Positions 32,235-41,541 of a stretch of DNA of 64,000 nucleotides are shown here, one piece after another. The translations under genes were made by a program, and so were the position numbers. Numbering within the stretch: position 1 is the stretch's first letter; each line of letters opens with the position of its first letter. The notes under the pieces are model-generated. The model saw only the letters and a list, made by a program, of their open reading frames with translations. It was not told where the DNA came from and ran no database searches. Source of the DNA: an uncultured Eubacteriales bacterium (GTDB lineage: Bacteria; Bacillota; Clostridia; UBA1381; UBA9506); assembly GCA_949299615.1 (NCBI GenBank), contig CASGBM010000001.1:8280-72279 (forward strand), read 5' to 3'.

Positions 32235-32780
32235 ATGCTTGAAATTACGATACCGGAAGTCGAACAGTTCGACGAGGAAAAAGAAGAATTCGTGACAGCA
32301 AAAGCACAGACCATAAAACTTGAGCATTCCCTTGTTTCCCTTTCAAAATGGGAATCAAAGTGGTGCAAACCATTTTTGTCAAAAGAAGAAAAAAGCATGG
32401 CTGAAATGATAGATTATATTCGTTGCATGACGATTACGCAAAACGTGGATCCATCTGTTTATGACAGGATCAATATGGATTTTGACCTTCTATATCGTGT
32501 AAGGCAGTACATTGACGAACCTATGACAGCCACTACATTTTCTAATTTACAAAAATCGCAGGGACGAAGAGTCGTGACGGCAGAATTAATTTATTACTGG
32601 ATGATTGCGTTAAACATCCCTTTTGAATGTCAGAAATGGCATCTAAATCGTTTGATCACATTGATTACCGTATGCAATATTGAAAACCAACCGAAAAAAA
32701 AGATGGGAAGAAACGCACAATTGAGCAGAAACGCTAGATTAAATGCCGCCAGAAGACGGCAGCTCAATACAAAAGGATAA
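32235..32780 (+). CDS. Tail assembly chaperone-like / Gp15-like protein (putative)
   Basis: Position upstream of TMP; basic C-terminus. Confidence 0.35.
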   Translation: MLEITIPEVEQFDEEKEEFVTAKAQTIKLEHSLVSLSKWESKWCKPFLSKEEKSMAEMIDYIRCMTITQNVDPSVYDRINMDFDLLYRVRQYIDEPMTATTFSNLQKSQGRRVVTAELIYYWMIALNIPFECQKWHLNRLITLITVCNIENQPKKKMGRNAQLSRNARLNAARRRQLNTKG

Positions 32781-32803
32781 CGAAATAAAAAGGAGGGGGA
32801 CGC

Positions 32804-33181
32804 GTGATAACCATAAAACAGAAAGGCGATTTTAAAAATACAGAACGTTTTTTGAAACGTGCTTCAAAACTGGATATCAGTAAAATCTTAAAGCGGTATG
32901 GGGAAAAAGGCGTGGCCGCCCTCGCTGCGGCAACTCCGTCCGATACCGGAAACACGGCTGGTTTATGGAATTACGAAGTACGGGTTACAAAAAATACGGC
33001 TTCTATTTCATGGACGAATTCAAAAATGGCCGGGAGCGTCCCTCTTGTAATTCTTCTTCAATATGGGCATGGCACAGGAACAGGCGGGTATGTACAGGGC
33101 AGGGATTTTATAAACCCGGCTGTGCGCCCTATTTTTGACGATATTTTGCGTGAAGCGTGGAAGGAGGTTACGAATCTATGA
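32804..33181 (+). CDS. HK97 gp10-like tail component (putative)
   Basis: GEKGVAALAAATPSDTGNTAGLWNYEV fits the gp10-family TP.DTG.TA.sW pattern; GTG start after AAAGGAGGGGG. Confidence 0.4.
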   Translation: MITIKQKGDFKNTERFLKRASKLDISKILKRYGEKGVAALAAATPSDTGNTAGLWNYEVRVTKNTASISWTNSKMAGSVPLVILLQYGHGTGTGGYVQGRDFINPAVRPIFDDILREAWKEVTNL

Positions 33182-36100
33182 GCTCGGAAGTCGATCAAAG
33201 AATAGTTGAAATGCAGTTTAATAACCGTCAGTTTGAGTCCGGTGCGCAGGAAACCATATCAACGCTTGACAAGCTGAAAAAAAGTCTGGATTTGAAGGGT
33301 GCCTCAAAAGGACTTGAGTCGGTAAGCGACGCTGCAAAAAAGTGTGATATGTCAGTTCTTCAATCGGCGGTAGAATCCGTGCGAAATAAATTTTCCGCGC
33401 TGGAAGTTATGGGGATAACGGCCCTTGCCAATATTACCAATTCTGCGGTGGATGCCGGAAAAAGGATTGCTTCTGCGCTTACGATTGACCCGATTAAAAC
33501 TGGCTTTGACGAGTATGAGACAAAAATAAATTCAATTCAGACAATCATGTCTAACACGGCCAGCAAGGGGACGACGATGGAAGACGTCACCCGTGTTATT
33601 GACGAACTGAATACATATGCGGATAAGACGATTTATAATTTCTCAGAAATGACCCGTAATATCGGGACGTTTACGGCTGCCGGCGTTGGTTTGGAAGAAT
33701 CGGCAAAAGCGATTCAAGGCATTGCAAATTTGGCAGCTGCTTCCGGTTCCAATTCGCAGCAGGCGTCAACCGCAATGTATCAGCTTTCGCAGGCTCTTGC
33801 CGCCGGAACGGTAAAACTTATGGACTGGAATTCCGTTGTGAACGCCGGAATGGGCGGCGAGAAATTTCAGGAAGCTTTAAAGCAGACGGCGAGAGAACAC
33901 GGCGTTGCGGTAGACGATATGATAGAAAAGAACGGTTCGTTTAGAGACTCGTTGCAGGAAGGCTGGTTATCGGCTGACGTTCTAAACGAAACTTTAAATA
34001 AATTTACGGTTGACGGCGCAACAAATTATGCAAAAAGCATGGTCGAGTCCGGTAAATGGACGCAGGAACAAGCTGACGCGTTGATTTCAGAAGCGCAGGC
34101 AATGGAAGATGCTGCAACAAAGGTTAAAACGTTTAGTCAGCTATGGAGCACGCTGCAAGAGTCTGTACAATCTGGATGGGGTAAAACATGGGAGATTGTA
34201 ATCGGCGACTTTGAAGAAGCAAAAAGCCTTTTTACAGAATTCAGCGATACACTTGGTAATGTTGTAAATGCCTCTGCTGATTCTAGAAATGAAATGCTGC
34301 AAACGTGGAAAGATTTGGGCGGAAGGACAGCAATTGTCGAATCTCTTAGAAATTCTTTTGAAGGGCTAGTAACCATACTAAAACCAATTAAAGAAGCATT
34401 TAGAGAAGTTTTTCCGCCGATTACAGGTGAACAGCTTGCTGATATTAGTAATAAGATCAAAGAGCTGACGGAAAATTTCAAAATAAGTGAAGCCACGGCC
34501 TCAAAAATTAAAGATACCTTTAAAGGCCTGTTTTCAATTATCAGTATTGGTAAAGAAGTTTTATCTTCTCTTATTTCAGCTCTCGGAAAAGTTGTTAAAA
34601 GCCTTATTCCAGCGGGCAACGGTATTTTAGAAATTACTTCGTCCTTGGGCGGATTTGTTACCGGGATCGATAAGGCTGTTAAGGAGACCGGAATTTTCCA
34701 AACTGTTTTCGGCGGACTTGCGAAGGCGCTCAGTTTGGCGGCAAAAGGTATCTCTCTTGCCGTTAACACAATCGCAAAAGGGTTTGGGAAGCTTGGCGAT
34801 GTTGATTTCAGCTTGTTTGAAATGTTGGAAAAGACCGCAAATGCGGTTTCAAAAGCCTTTGGTAAGTTAAAAGAGGTTTTTGGAAATGTGATGGGCGGGC
34901 TGGGTTTTGATAATATTTTTGACGTTATTAACGGCGGTGTGCTTACGGCTGTTTTACTTGGCGTCAAAAAATTTATATCTTCGTTGACGGAAATTACGTC
35001 CGGCGGCTCCGGAATACTGAATAATATTAAAGCTCTTCTGGACGGTGTCAAAGGATCTTTAGAAGCTTGGCAGTCATCCATACAGGCGAATACGATTCTT
35101 AAAATCGGAGCCGCGATCGGAATACTTGCCGCTTCTATTTTAGTCCTCTCGACCATTGATCCGGTGGCAATAACCACTTCGCTGGGCGCAATAACCGGTT
35201 TGTTTGTGGAATTATTCGGTTCGATGGTTATATTTGAAAAAATTATGAACGGCAATGGAATTAAATCCGTCGGTAAAGTTTCGGTTGCTATGATCAGCTT
35301 GTCAACGGCCGTATTAATTTTGTCAAGCGCTTTAAAAAACTTGTCGGAGCTGAACTGGTCTCAGGTGGCAAGCGGCTTGACGGCGGTCGGGGTTCTGATG
35401 GGTGAGCTGATTGCAACCTCCGTTATTATGGATAAAAACTCTGCCGGAATGGTAAAAGGCTCTGCCGGATTGATCCTGTTTTCTACCTCACTTGTCATCC
35501 TTTCAAACGCCGTAAAAAGCCTTGGCGAGCTTCCGCTGGAACAGATAGGAAAAGGCTTGCTTGGCGTTGGGGCTTTGCTGGGATCATTGGCTGTCTTTTT
35601 CAAAATGGCTGATTTTGACGGGCTCGGCATATCAAAAGGAACCGGAATTCTGTTGCTGGCCACATCGATTCAAACCCTATCGAAATCTGTTTCGACTTTT
35701 TCCGAAATGGATGTTGGAAAAATGATACAAGGCCTTTCCGCTGTCGGGACGCTTTTGGCTGAGCTTGCTATATTTACAAAAGTGACTGCGAATGCTGGAA
35801 GCGTATTATCAACTGCGGTATCGATGAATGTCTTAGGGACGGCGATGCTTCTCTTTGCCTCATCAGTTAGCTCTTTTTCTGAAAAATCATGGGACGAACT
35901 CGGAAGAGGCCTGCTGGGCTTTGCATCATCCCTTGCGGCAGTTGTCGCGGCAATGCGGCTGCTTCCTAAAAATATGGCTGGTTCCGCAGTTTCATTGGTC
36001 GCGGTATCATCAGCAATGGTGATTCTTTCGAAAGCGCTTGGGAATATGGGCGACATGAATCTGGCTCAAATAGCAAAAAGCCTGATCTCCTTAGCAGGTT

Positions 36101-39100
36101 CTTTGGGCATTATTGTTGGCGCAATGAAATTGATGACGGGAACTCTTCCGGGAGCAGCTGCGTTATTAGTAGTTTCATCGTCACTAATGGCGTTAACTCC
36201 GGTCTTGCTTGCTTTGGGGACTATGTCGCTTAGCAGTATAGCGACGTCGCTGATTGTTTTGGCGGGCTCGTTTACTGTGATAGGTGCGGCGGGATTAGCT
36301 CTTTCTCCTATTACGCCTGCGCTGATTGGTTTGAGTGCAGCAATTGCACTGGTTGGCGCCGGCTGTCTTGCCGCAGGAGCAGGTGTTTTAGCGTTTTCAA
36401 CGGGGCTTACGGCGCTTGCGGTGGCCTTTACAGCAAGCGGGGCTGCAATTGTAACCGGAATAAAAGAACTTCTGAATTTGATTCCGCTGCTGGCTGAAAA
36501 CATTGGAAAAGGAATTGTCGCAATGGCAACGGCGATTGGCAACGGCTCGGAAGCAATCGGAGAAGCGTTTAAAAAAATAGTTTTAAGTATAACGGCTTCA
36601 CTTACCGAGTGCATCCCTGCTATTGCAGAAGGGGTTCTAAAAATCATTACAGAAGTTCTAACGTCGCTCGCCGCGCATACGCCCCAGATTGTTGACTCTA
36701 TATTTGAGTTTCTCATCGGGATTTTGGAAGGGGTTGCCAGAAACCTGCCCAGTCTCATTCAGTCTGCTGTGAATGTTCTGATGTCATTTTTCACCGGTAT
36801 TGTGGATGCGATTAAAAGCATTGACACAAGCGCCTTATTAAAAGGGATTGCCGGAATTGGATTAATGGCCGGGATCATGGCTGCTCTCGGGGCTGTTGCT
36901 GGATTAATTCCGGGAGCAATGGTCGGCGTTTTGGGGATGGGCGCTGTAATTGCTGAATTAGCGCTTGTGCTGGCCGCTGTCGGAGGGCTCGCGCAGATCC
37001 CCGGATTATCTTGGCTGATTGACGAAGGAGGAAAACTTCTTCAGGGAATCGGTACGGCGATTGGATCATTTGTAGGCGGAATTGTAGGCGGGTTTATGGG
37101 CGGTATTTCAAGCCAGTTCCCGCAGATTGGGGCTGATTTGTCCGCCTTTATGACGAATGCCCGTCCGTTTATTGAAGGGGTAAGCAGTATTGATTCATCT
37201 GTTATGTCCGGAATGGCTTCTTTGGCCGGAGCTATTTTAACCCTCACAGCGGCGAATGTTTTAGAAGGTCTTACGTCTTGGTTCACAGGAGGAACTTCTT
37301 TGGCCGCATTTGGGTCGGAGCTCGCCGCATTTGCTCCATATTTTAAAGCATACTACGATTCTATTAACGGGATTGACGGTTCAGTCGTAGAAGCTTCTGC
37401 GAACGCTGCGCTCGCTCTGGCCGAATTCGCATCAAAAATCCCCAATAGCGGAGGACTTGCATCGGTATTGGCGGGAGAAAACAGCTTATCTGCGTTTGCC
37501 GATGAATTGATCGTATTCGGCCCTAAATTAAAGGCTTATGCAGACAGCGTTTCTGGGCTCAATGCAGATGTAGTTACAAATTCTGCGAATGCGGCTCTTG
37601 CTTTAGCTGAATTCGCGTCTAAGCTTCCGAACAGCGGAGGGGCTGTCAGTTGGTTCGCCGGGAACAACGATTTATCAGAATTCGCAGAAGAATTATGTAA
37701 ATTTGGCCCGAGTCTTAAAAAATATGCAGACAGCGTATCCGGACTTAATGGAGATGTGGTTAAAAACTCCGCAAATGCAGCTTCTGCGCTTGCCGAACTT
37801 GCCAACAACCTTCCGAACAGCGGCGGTGTTGTCAGTTGGTTTACGGGTGATAATAACATAGATGAATTTGGATCACAGCTTGCGGCTTTCGGCTCTAAAT
37901 TTAAAGAATATGCGGATAATATATCCGGGCTTGACGCGGGGGTAGTGACGAATTCTGCAAATGCGGCTTCTGCGCTTGCCGCGTTTGCTAACAGTTTGCC
38001 AAATAGCGGCGGACTCACCGGCCTGATATTCGGAGATAACGATATTGCGGAATTTGGAGAAAGCTTATCGTCGTTTGGCATGTGTCTTAAACTCTATTAC
38101 GATCAAATTTCTGGGGTCGATGTGTCTCAATTATCTGCCGCGACCAATGAACTTTCCCATCTGTCTAGTGTTCTGAGTGGGATAGGAACCATTAACTCGG
38201 ACGCTGTGAGCTCATTCGGAAAGGCGCTCAGTTCCATCGCCGATAGCGGCGTTAAATCATTTATCGCATCGATTAACAACGCAACGTCTCAAGTACGACA
38301 GGCTGCATCAGATCTTATTACGGCCTTTGTGAATGCGGTAAACGCAAAAAAAGATACCGTCACTTCAACATTCAGCGAAGTAACATCTTCTATCATAACT
38401 ACGATGAACGCAAGCAAGTCGTCGTTTACCACAGTCGGCGACAACATTGTAAAAGGCGTTGCCAACGGAATTACCGACACCACATTTTATGCAGAAGCAA
38501 AGGCCAGAGCAATGGCGCGGGCAGCATATAATGCGGCATGTGAGGAACTTGGTATTCGTTCGCCTTCATTGGAATTCCAATACATCGGTGAAATGATCGG
38601 AAAAGGTTTGGAAAAAGGCATTGTCAAAAGCGGGCAAGATGCGATAGATGCATCCACAGACGTCGCGGACACGCTTACTTCCGCCAGCGAAAAATCTTAT
38701 GACGATTTGACAAAATGGATCAGCGACAATGAATATTTCGGTAAAATTTCCCTCGACGAGGAACTTTATGTTTGGCGCAAGTTTCAATCGCGGTACGAAC
38801 AAGGGACAGACGAGCGCATGAAGGCCGACAAAGAAATCTACAGACTGATACAGGAAATTTCGAAAGCGGATTATCAGCATTCCATGGACTGGATTTCCGA
38901 TCAAAAAAGCAAAAATGAATTATCTCTGCAAGAGGAATTGGCGGCGTATGAACGGATGCAGTCCAGATTTGAATGGGGATCTGAAGAGCGGAAAAACATT
39001 GACAAAGAAATATACCGTTTGAGAAACGAGCTTGTCACGGAATCTTATCAACATTCCTTAGACTGGATAGAAAACGAAAAATATCATAACCGCCTTAGCT

Positions 39101-40785
39101 TGGAAGAGGAACTGGCGGCTTATGAGCGGATGCAATCGAGATATGAATGGGGGTCTGAAGAGAGGAAACAGATCGACAAAGAGATATACCGTTTGAGAAA
39201 CGAACTGATTGCCGAGTCGTATCAGAACTCCATGGATTGGATCGAGGAAGAAAAATATTATAACCGTATGAGCCTTGCCGACGAATTAGCCGCCTATACA
39301 CGCGTTCAGCAGCGGTATGACAAAGGGACGGAAGAGCGCAAAAAGATGGACCGCGAGGTTTACAGAGTGCAGCAGGAAATATATGAAGCGCGCAAGAACT
39401 ACGAAGACGAGCTCAGCCGCATTCAGGAAGAGGCCGGCGAGAAACGCTTGCAGCTGGAACAGGAGTATGCTGATAAAACAAAAGAAATTAACGATCAGCT
39501 TGCTCAGGATATACAGGCGGCGGAGGATAAGTACACCAGCGCTTTGGAGTCTAGGACAGATGCTCTGTATGATTCTTATGGTTTGTTTGACGAAGTTACA
39601 AAGAAAGACCCTGTAAGCAGTTCTGATTTAATGGACAATTTACAGCAGCAGGTAGACGAATTTTCAGATTGGCAGAAAGAGCTGGATCTGTTGTCGTCGA
39701 AAGGCTTAAACGAGGGTTTAATCGAAGAACTGCGGAAAATGGGGCCGTCGGCGATCGAAGAGATTAAAGCGCTTAATTCTATGACCGATTCCCAGCTGTC
39801 CCAATATGCGTCATTGTGGGCAACGAAACATAAACTGGCGAAAGATCAGGCAAAAAGCGAACTGGAAAATCTGCGGCTTGAGACACAGTCCGAGATTGAA
39901 ATGCTTCAAAATGAAGCCGATGACAAGCTGGAAGAATATCGCGAAACGTGGGAACAGCAGATGGAGGATCTTGAAGAGACCACAACAAAACAGACGAGAG
40001 AGCTCGCTGAAAATTTCCTGAAAGAAGTCGGTGTCATCAAACCGAGTACAGAGGAAATTATGAAAGAAACAACGGAAACGGCGAAAGATGTCCTGTTAAA
40101 TGCCGGATGGAGCGATACCGGTCAGAAAATAATGGACGGATTAACCGCCGGTGTGAGAACCGGTGCTTCGTCTTTTGTAAAAACGCTTCTTGATGTCGTA
40201 AACGATGCGACCGATAGGGTAAGCGGTCCTGACGGAATTGATGCACATTCCCCGTCAAAAGTGTATGAAAAATTGGGGCGGTATATGGATGAAGGACTGA
40301 TTGTGGGTATCAAAAAGTACGGTAAAAAAGTGGCGTCGGAAAGTGTAAAGATCGGAAAAGGTGCCGTGGCTGCTATGCTGGGTTCGCTGTCGTTGATTTC
40401 GGATATCGCATCCGGCAATATTAACATATCGCCAAGGATTCGTCCTATTTTAGAAATGGATGACGTGGTAAAAAAGATTAGTTACATGGATCATTCATTT
40501 CGTGCAGAACGAAGTCTTGCGCTGAGTGCCGCTGTTGGTGTTAGCTATCAAAATGAAATAGAGCGTTCGGAAGCACTCATTCAGAAAATCGGCGACATCA
40601 CGGCAGCGTCAAATGAAAAAGTAGTTTCGGCAATTGATTCGCTAAAAGACGACTTTGCGGATCTTTTAAGCCGGTTTGAACAACTCAAACTGGTTATGGA
40701 TACCGGCGCATTAGTTGGGGCACTGGCCTCTGACATGGATGCGGCATTAGGAAATATTGCAGTAATGAATGAGAGGGGAGTATGA
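33178..40785 (+). CDS. Tape measure protein (2535 aa)
   Basis: Typical N-terminus VDQRIVEMQFNNRQFESG, long Ala/Gly/Leu-rich hydrophobic core, two internal tandem-repeat families, located upstream of Dit/Tal. Confidence 0.9.
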   Translation: MSSEVDQRIVEMQFNNRQFESGAQETISTLDKLKKSLDLKGASKGLESVSDAAKKCDMSVLQSAVESVRNKFSALEVMGITALANITNSAVDAGKRIASALTIDPIKTGFDEYETKINSIQTIMSNTASKGTTMEDVTRVIDELNTYADKTIYNFSEMTRNIGTFTAAGVGLEESAKAIQGIANLAAASGSNSQQASTAMYQLSQALAAGTVKLMDWNSVVNAGMGGEKFQEALKQTAREHGVAVDDMIEKNGSFRDSLQEGWLSADVLNETLNKFTVDGATNYAKSMVESGKWTQEQADALISEAQAMEDAATKVKTFSQLWSTLQESVQSGWGKTWEIVIGDFEEAKSLFTEFSDTLGNVVNASADSRNEMLQTWKDLGGRTAIVESLRNSFEGLVTILKPIKEAFREVFPPITGEQLADISNKIKELTENFKISEATASKIKDTFKGLFSIISIGKEVLSSLISALGKVVKSLIPAGNGILEITSSLGGFVTGIDKAVKETGIFQTVFGGLAKALSLAAKGISLAVNTIAKGFGKLGDVDFSLFEMLEKTANAVSKAFGKLKEVFGNVMGGLGFDNIFDVINGGVLTAVLLGVKKFISSLTEITSGGSGILNNIKALLDGVKGSLEAWQSSIQANTILKIGAAIGILAASILVLSTIDPVAITTSLGAITGLFVELFGSMVIFEKIMNGNGIKSVGKVSVAMISLSTAVLILSSALKNLSELNWSQVASGLTAVGVLMGELIATSVIMDKNSAGMVKGSAGLILFSTSLVILSNAVKSLGELPLEQIGKGLLGVGALLGSLAVFFKMADFDGLGISKGTGILLLATSIQTLSKSVSTFSEMDVGKMIQGLSAVGTLLAELAIFTKVTANAGSVLSTAVSMNVLGTAMLLFASSVSSFSEKSWDELGRGLLGFASSLAAVVAAMRLLPKNMAGSAVSLVAVSSAMVILSKALGNMGDMNLAQIAKSLISLAGSLGIIVGAMKLMTGTLPGAAALLVVSSSLMALTPVLLALGTMSLSSIATSLIVLAGSFTVIGAAGLALSPITPALIGLSAAIALVGAGCLAAGAGVLAFSTGLTALAVAFTASGAAIVTGIKELLNLIPLLAENIGKGIVAMATAIGNGSEAIGEAFKKIVLSITASLTECIPAIAEGVLKIITEVLTSLAAHTPQIVDSIFEFLIGILEGVARNLPSLIQSAVNVLMSFFTGIVDAIKSIDTSALLKGIAGIGLMAGIMAALGAVAGLIPGAMVGVLGMGAVIAELALVLAAVGGLAQIPGLSWLIDEGGKLLQGIGTAIGSFVGGIVGGFMGGISSQFPQIGADLSAFMTNARPFIEGVSSIDSSVMSGMASLAGAILTLTAANVLEGLTSWFTGGTSLAAFGSELAAFAPYFKAYYDSINGIDGSVVEASANAALALAEFASKIPNSGGLASVLAGENSLSAFADELIVFGPKLKAYADSVSGLNADVVTNSANAALALAEFASKLPNSGGAVSWFAGNNDLSEFAEELCKFGPSLKKYADSVSGLNGDVVKNSANAASALAELANNLPNSGGVVSWFTGDNNIDEFGSQLAAFGSKFKEYADNISGLDAGVVTNSANAASALAAFANSLPNSGGLTGLIFGDNDIAEFGESLSSFGMCLKLYYDQISGVDVSQLSAATNELSHLSSVLSGIGTINSDAVSSFGKALSSIADSGVKSFIASINNATSQVRQAASDLITAFVNAVNAKKDTVTSTFSEVTSSIITTMNASKSSFTTVGDNIVKGVANGITDTTFYAEAKARAMARAAYNAACEELGIRSPSLEFQYIGEMIGKGLEKGIVKSGQDAIDASTDVADTLTSASEKSYDDLTKWISDNEYFGKISLDEELYVWRKFQSRYEQGTDERMKADKEIYRLIQEISKADYQHSMDWISDQKSKNELSLQEELAAYERMQSRFEWGSEERKNIDKEIYRLRNELVTESYQHSLDWIENEKYHNRLSLEEELAAYERMQSRYEWGSEERKQIDKEIYRLRNELIAESYQNSMDWIEEEKYYNRMSLADELAAYTRVQQRYDKGTEERKKMDREVYRVQQEIYEARKNYEDELSRIQEEAGEKRLQLEQEYADKTKEINDQLAQDIQAAEDKYTSALESRTDALYDSYGLFDEVTKKDPVSSSDLMDNLQQQVDEFSDWQKELDLLSSKGLNEGLIEELRKMGPSAIEEIKALNSMTDSQLSQYASLWATKHKLAKDQAKSELENLRLETQSEIEMLQNEADDKLEEYRETWEQQMEDLEETTTKQTRELAENFLKEVGVIKPSTEEIMKETTETAKDVLLNAGWSDTGQKIMDGLTAGVRTGASSFVKTLLDVVNDATDRVSGPDGIDAHSPSKVYEKLGRYMDEGLIVGIKKYGKKVASESVKIGKGAVAAMLGSLSLISDIASGNINISPRIRPILEMDDVVKKISYMDHSFRAERSLALSAAVGVSYQNEIERSEALIQKIGDITAASNEKVVSAIDSLKDDFADLLSRFEQLKLVMDTGALVGALASDMDAALGNIAVMNERGV
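37288..38175 (+). repeat. TMP internal tandem repeat, ~5 units of 186 bp (62 aa)
   Basis: P-N-S-G-G landmarks at 37444, 37630, 37816 and 38002 (spacing exactly 186). Unit approximates NSGG..S.F.G.N.L.EFA.EL..FG..LK.YADSVSGL..DVV.NSANAA.ALAEFA..LP. Confidence 0.9.
38701..39405 (+). repeat. TMP internal tandem repeat, 4 units of 174 bp (58 aa)
   Basis: (K/D)W(I) landmarks at 38713, 38887, 39061 and 39235. Unit approximates DWI..EKY.N.LSLEEELAAYERMQSRYEWGSEERK.IDKEIYRLRNEL..ESYQ.S. Confidence 0.9.
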
Positions 40786-41537
40786 TGATTCAATCAATTA
40801 CATTTGGAGACAAAAACACATGGGATGATTGGAAAATCCTCCCTGTCAAACGGCCGGTGTTTGCGCCTCCGAAACAAAAAACGACATACATAGATATTCC
40901 GGGAGGGAATGGGGCTCTTGATTTATCGGAGTCCCTCTCCGGATATCCGATTTTTAACAACCGAACAGGATCGTTTCAGTTCCGTGTGATGAACGGGTAT
41001 AAACCGTGGGCGGAAAGATATTCTGAAATTATGGAATACTTACACGGAAAAGCAATGAATGCGGTTTTAGCAGATGATCCGGATTGGTTTTATATTGGAC
41101 GATTTTCTGTAGATGGATGGGATTCGGGTGATACATGGTCTTTGATTACGATAGGGTATAACGTAGAGCCGTATAAATGGTCGGTTTTATCCTCAACAGA
41201 TCCGTGGAAATGGGATCCGTTTAATTTTGAGTACGGCGTTATCTTAGAGCCGACATTTACGAATATCGTAATCGATAGTCCGGAAAGTTGGACGGATAAC
41301 ATATTCGACGGGGTCCTTTTTGGTTCTGCGCCGAACAGTCTCGTGTTTGACGTTTCGGAATCCAGTAATTTAAGCGTGCGGTTTGTAAACGATTTTCTCT
41401 GTATTGACAAAATTTCCGAGCTGAAAGACGGAAAAAATGAAATGCCGCAGTTTGTTCTTTACGGACAGGAAGAATACAACATCATGTTTAAAGGGGCCGG
41501 GACGGTATCTATCGAATTCAGACGAGGGAGGTTGTAA
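40782..41537 (+). CDS. Distal tail protein (Dit)
   Basis: ITFGDKNTWDDWKILPVKRPVFAPPKQKTTYIDIPGGNGALD fits the siphovirus tail-component N-terminus; follows TMP. Confidence 0.7.
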   Translation: MMIQSITFGDKNTWDDWKILPVKRPVFAPPKQKTTYIDIPGGNGALDLSESLSGYPIFNNRTGSFQFRVMNGYKPWAERYSEIMEYLHGKAMNAVLADDPDWFYIGRFSVDGWDSGDTWSLITIGYNVEPYKWSVLSSTDPWKWDPFNFEYGVILEPTFTNIVIDSPESWTDNIFDGVLFGSAPNSLVFDVSESSNLSVRFVNDFLCIDKISELKDGKNEMPQFVLYGQEEYNIMFKGAGTVSIEFRRGRL

Positions 41538-41541
41538 TTAG

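Noticed and set aside
32054-32242. Alternative-frame ORF overlapping the tail chaperone gene as a gpG/gpGT-type frameshift product
   Set aside because: It extends only 28 nt beyond the chaperone stop. It is highly basic low-complexity sequence, and no slippery heptamer was found. The next gene (32235) has its own strong RBS.
34137-38081. Long minus-strand ORFs (372, 230, 181, 128, 100 aa) inside the tape measure gene
   Set aside because: They are antisense to a strongly supported 2535-aa gene. Their low-complexity Ser/Pro/Ala-rich translations are the expected mirror of the Ala/Gly/Leu-rich TMP core. They have no RBS or independent signals.
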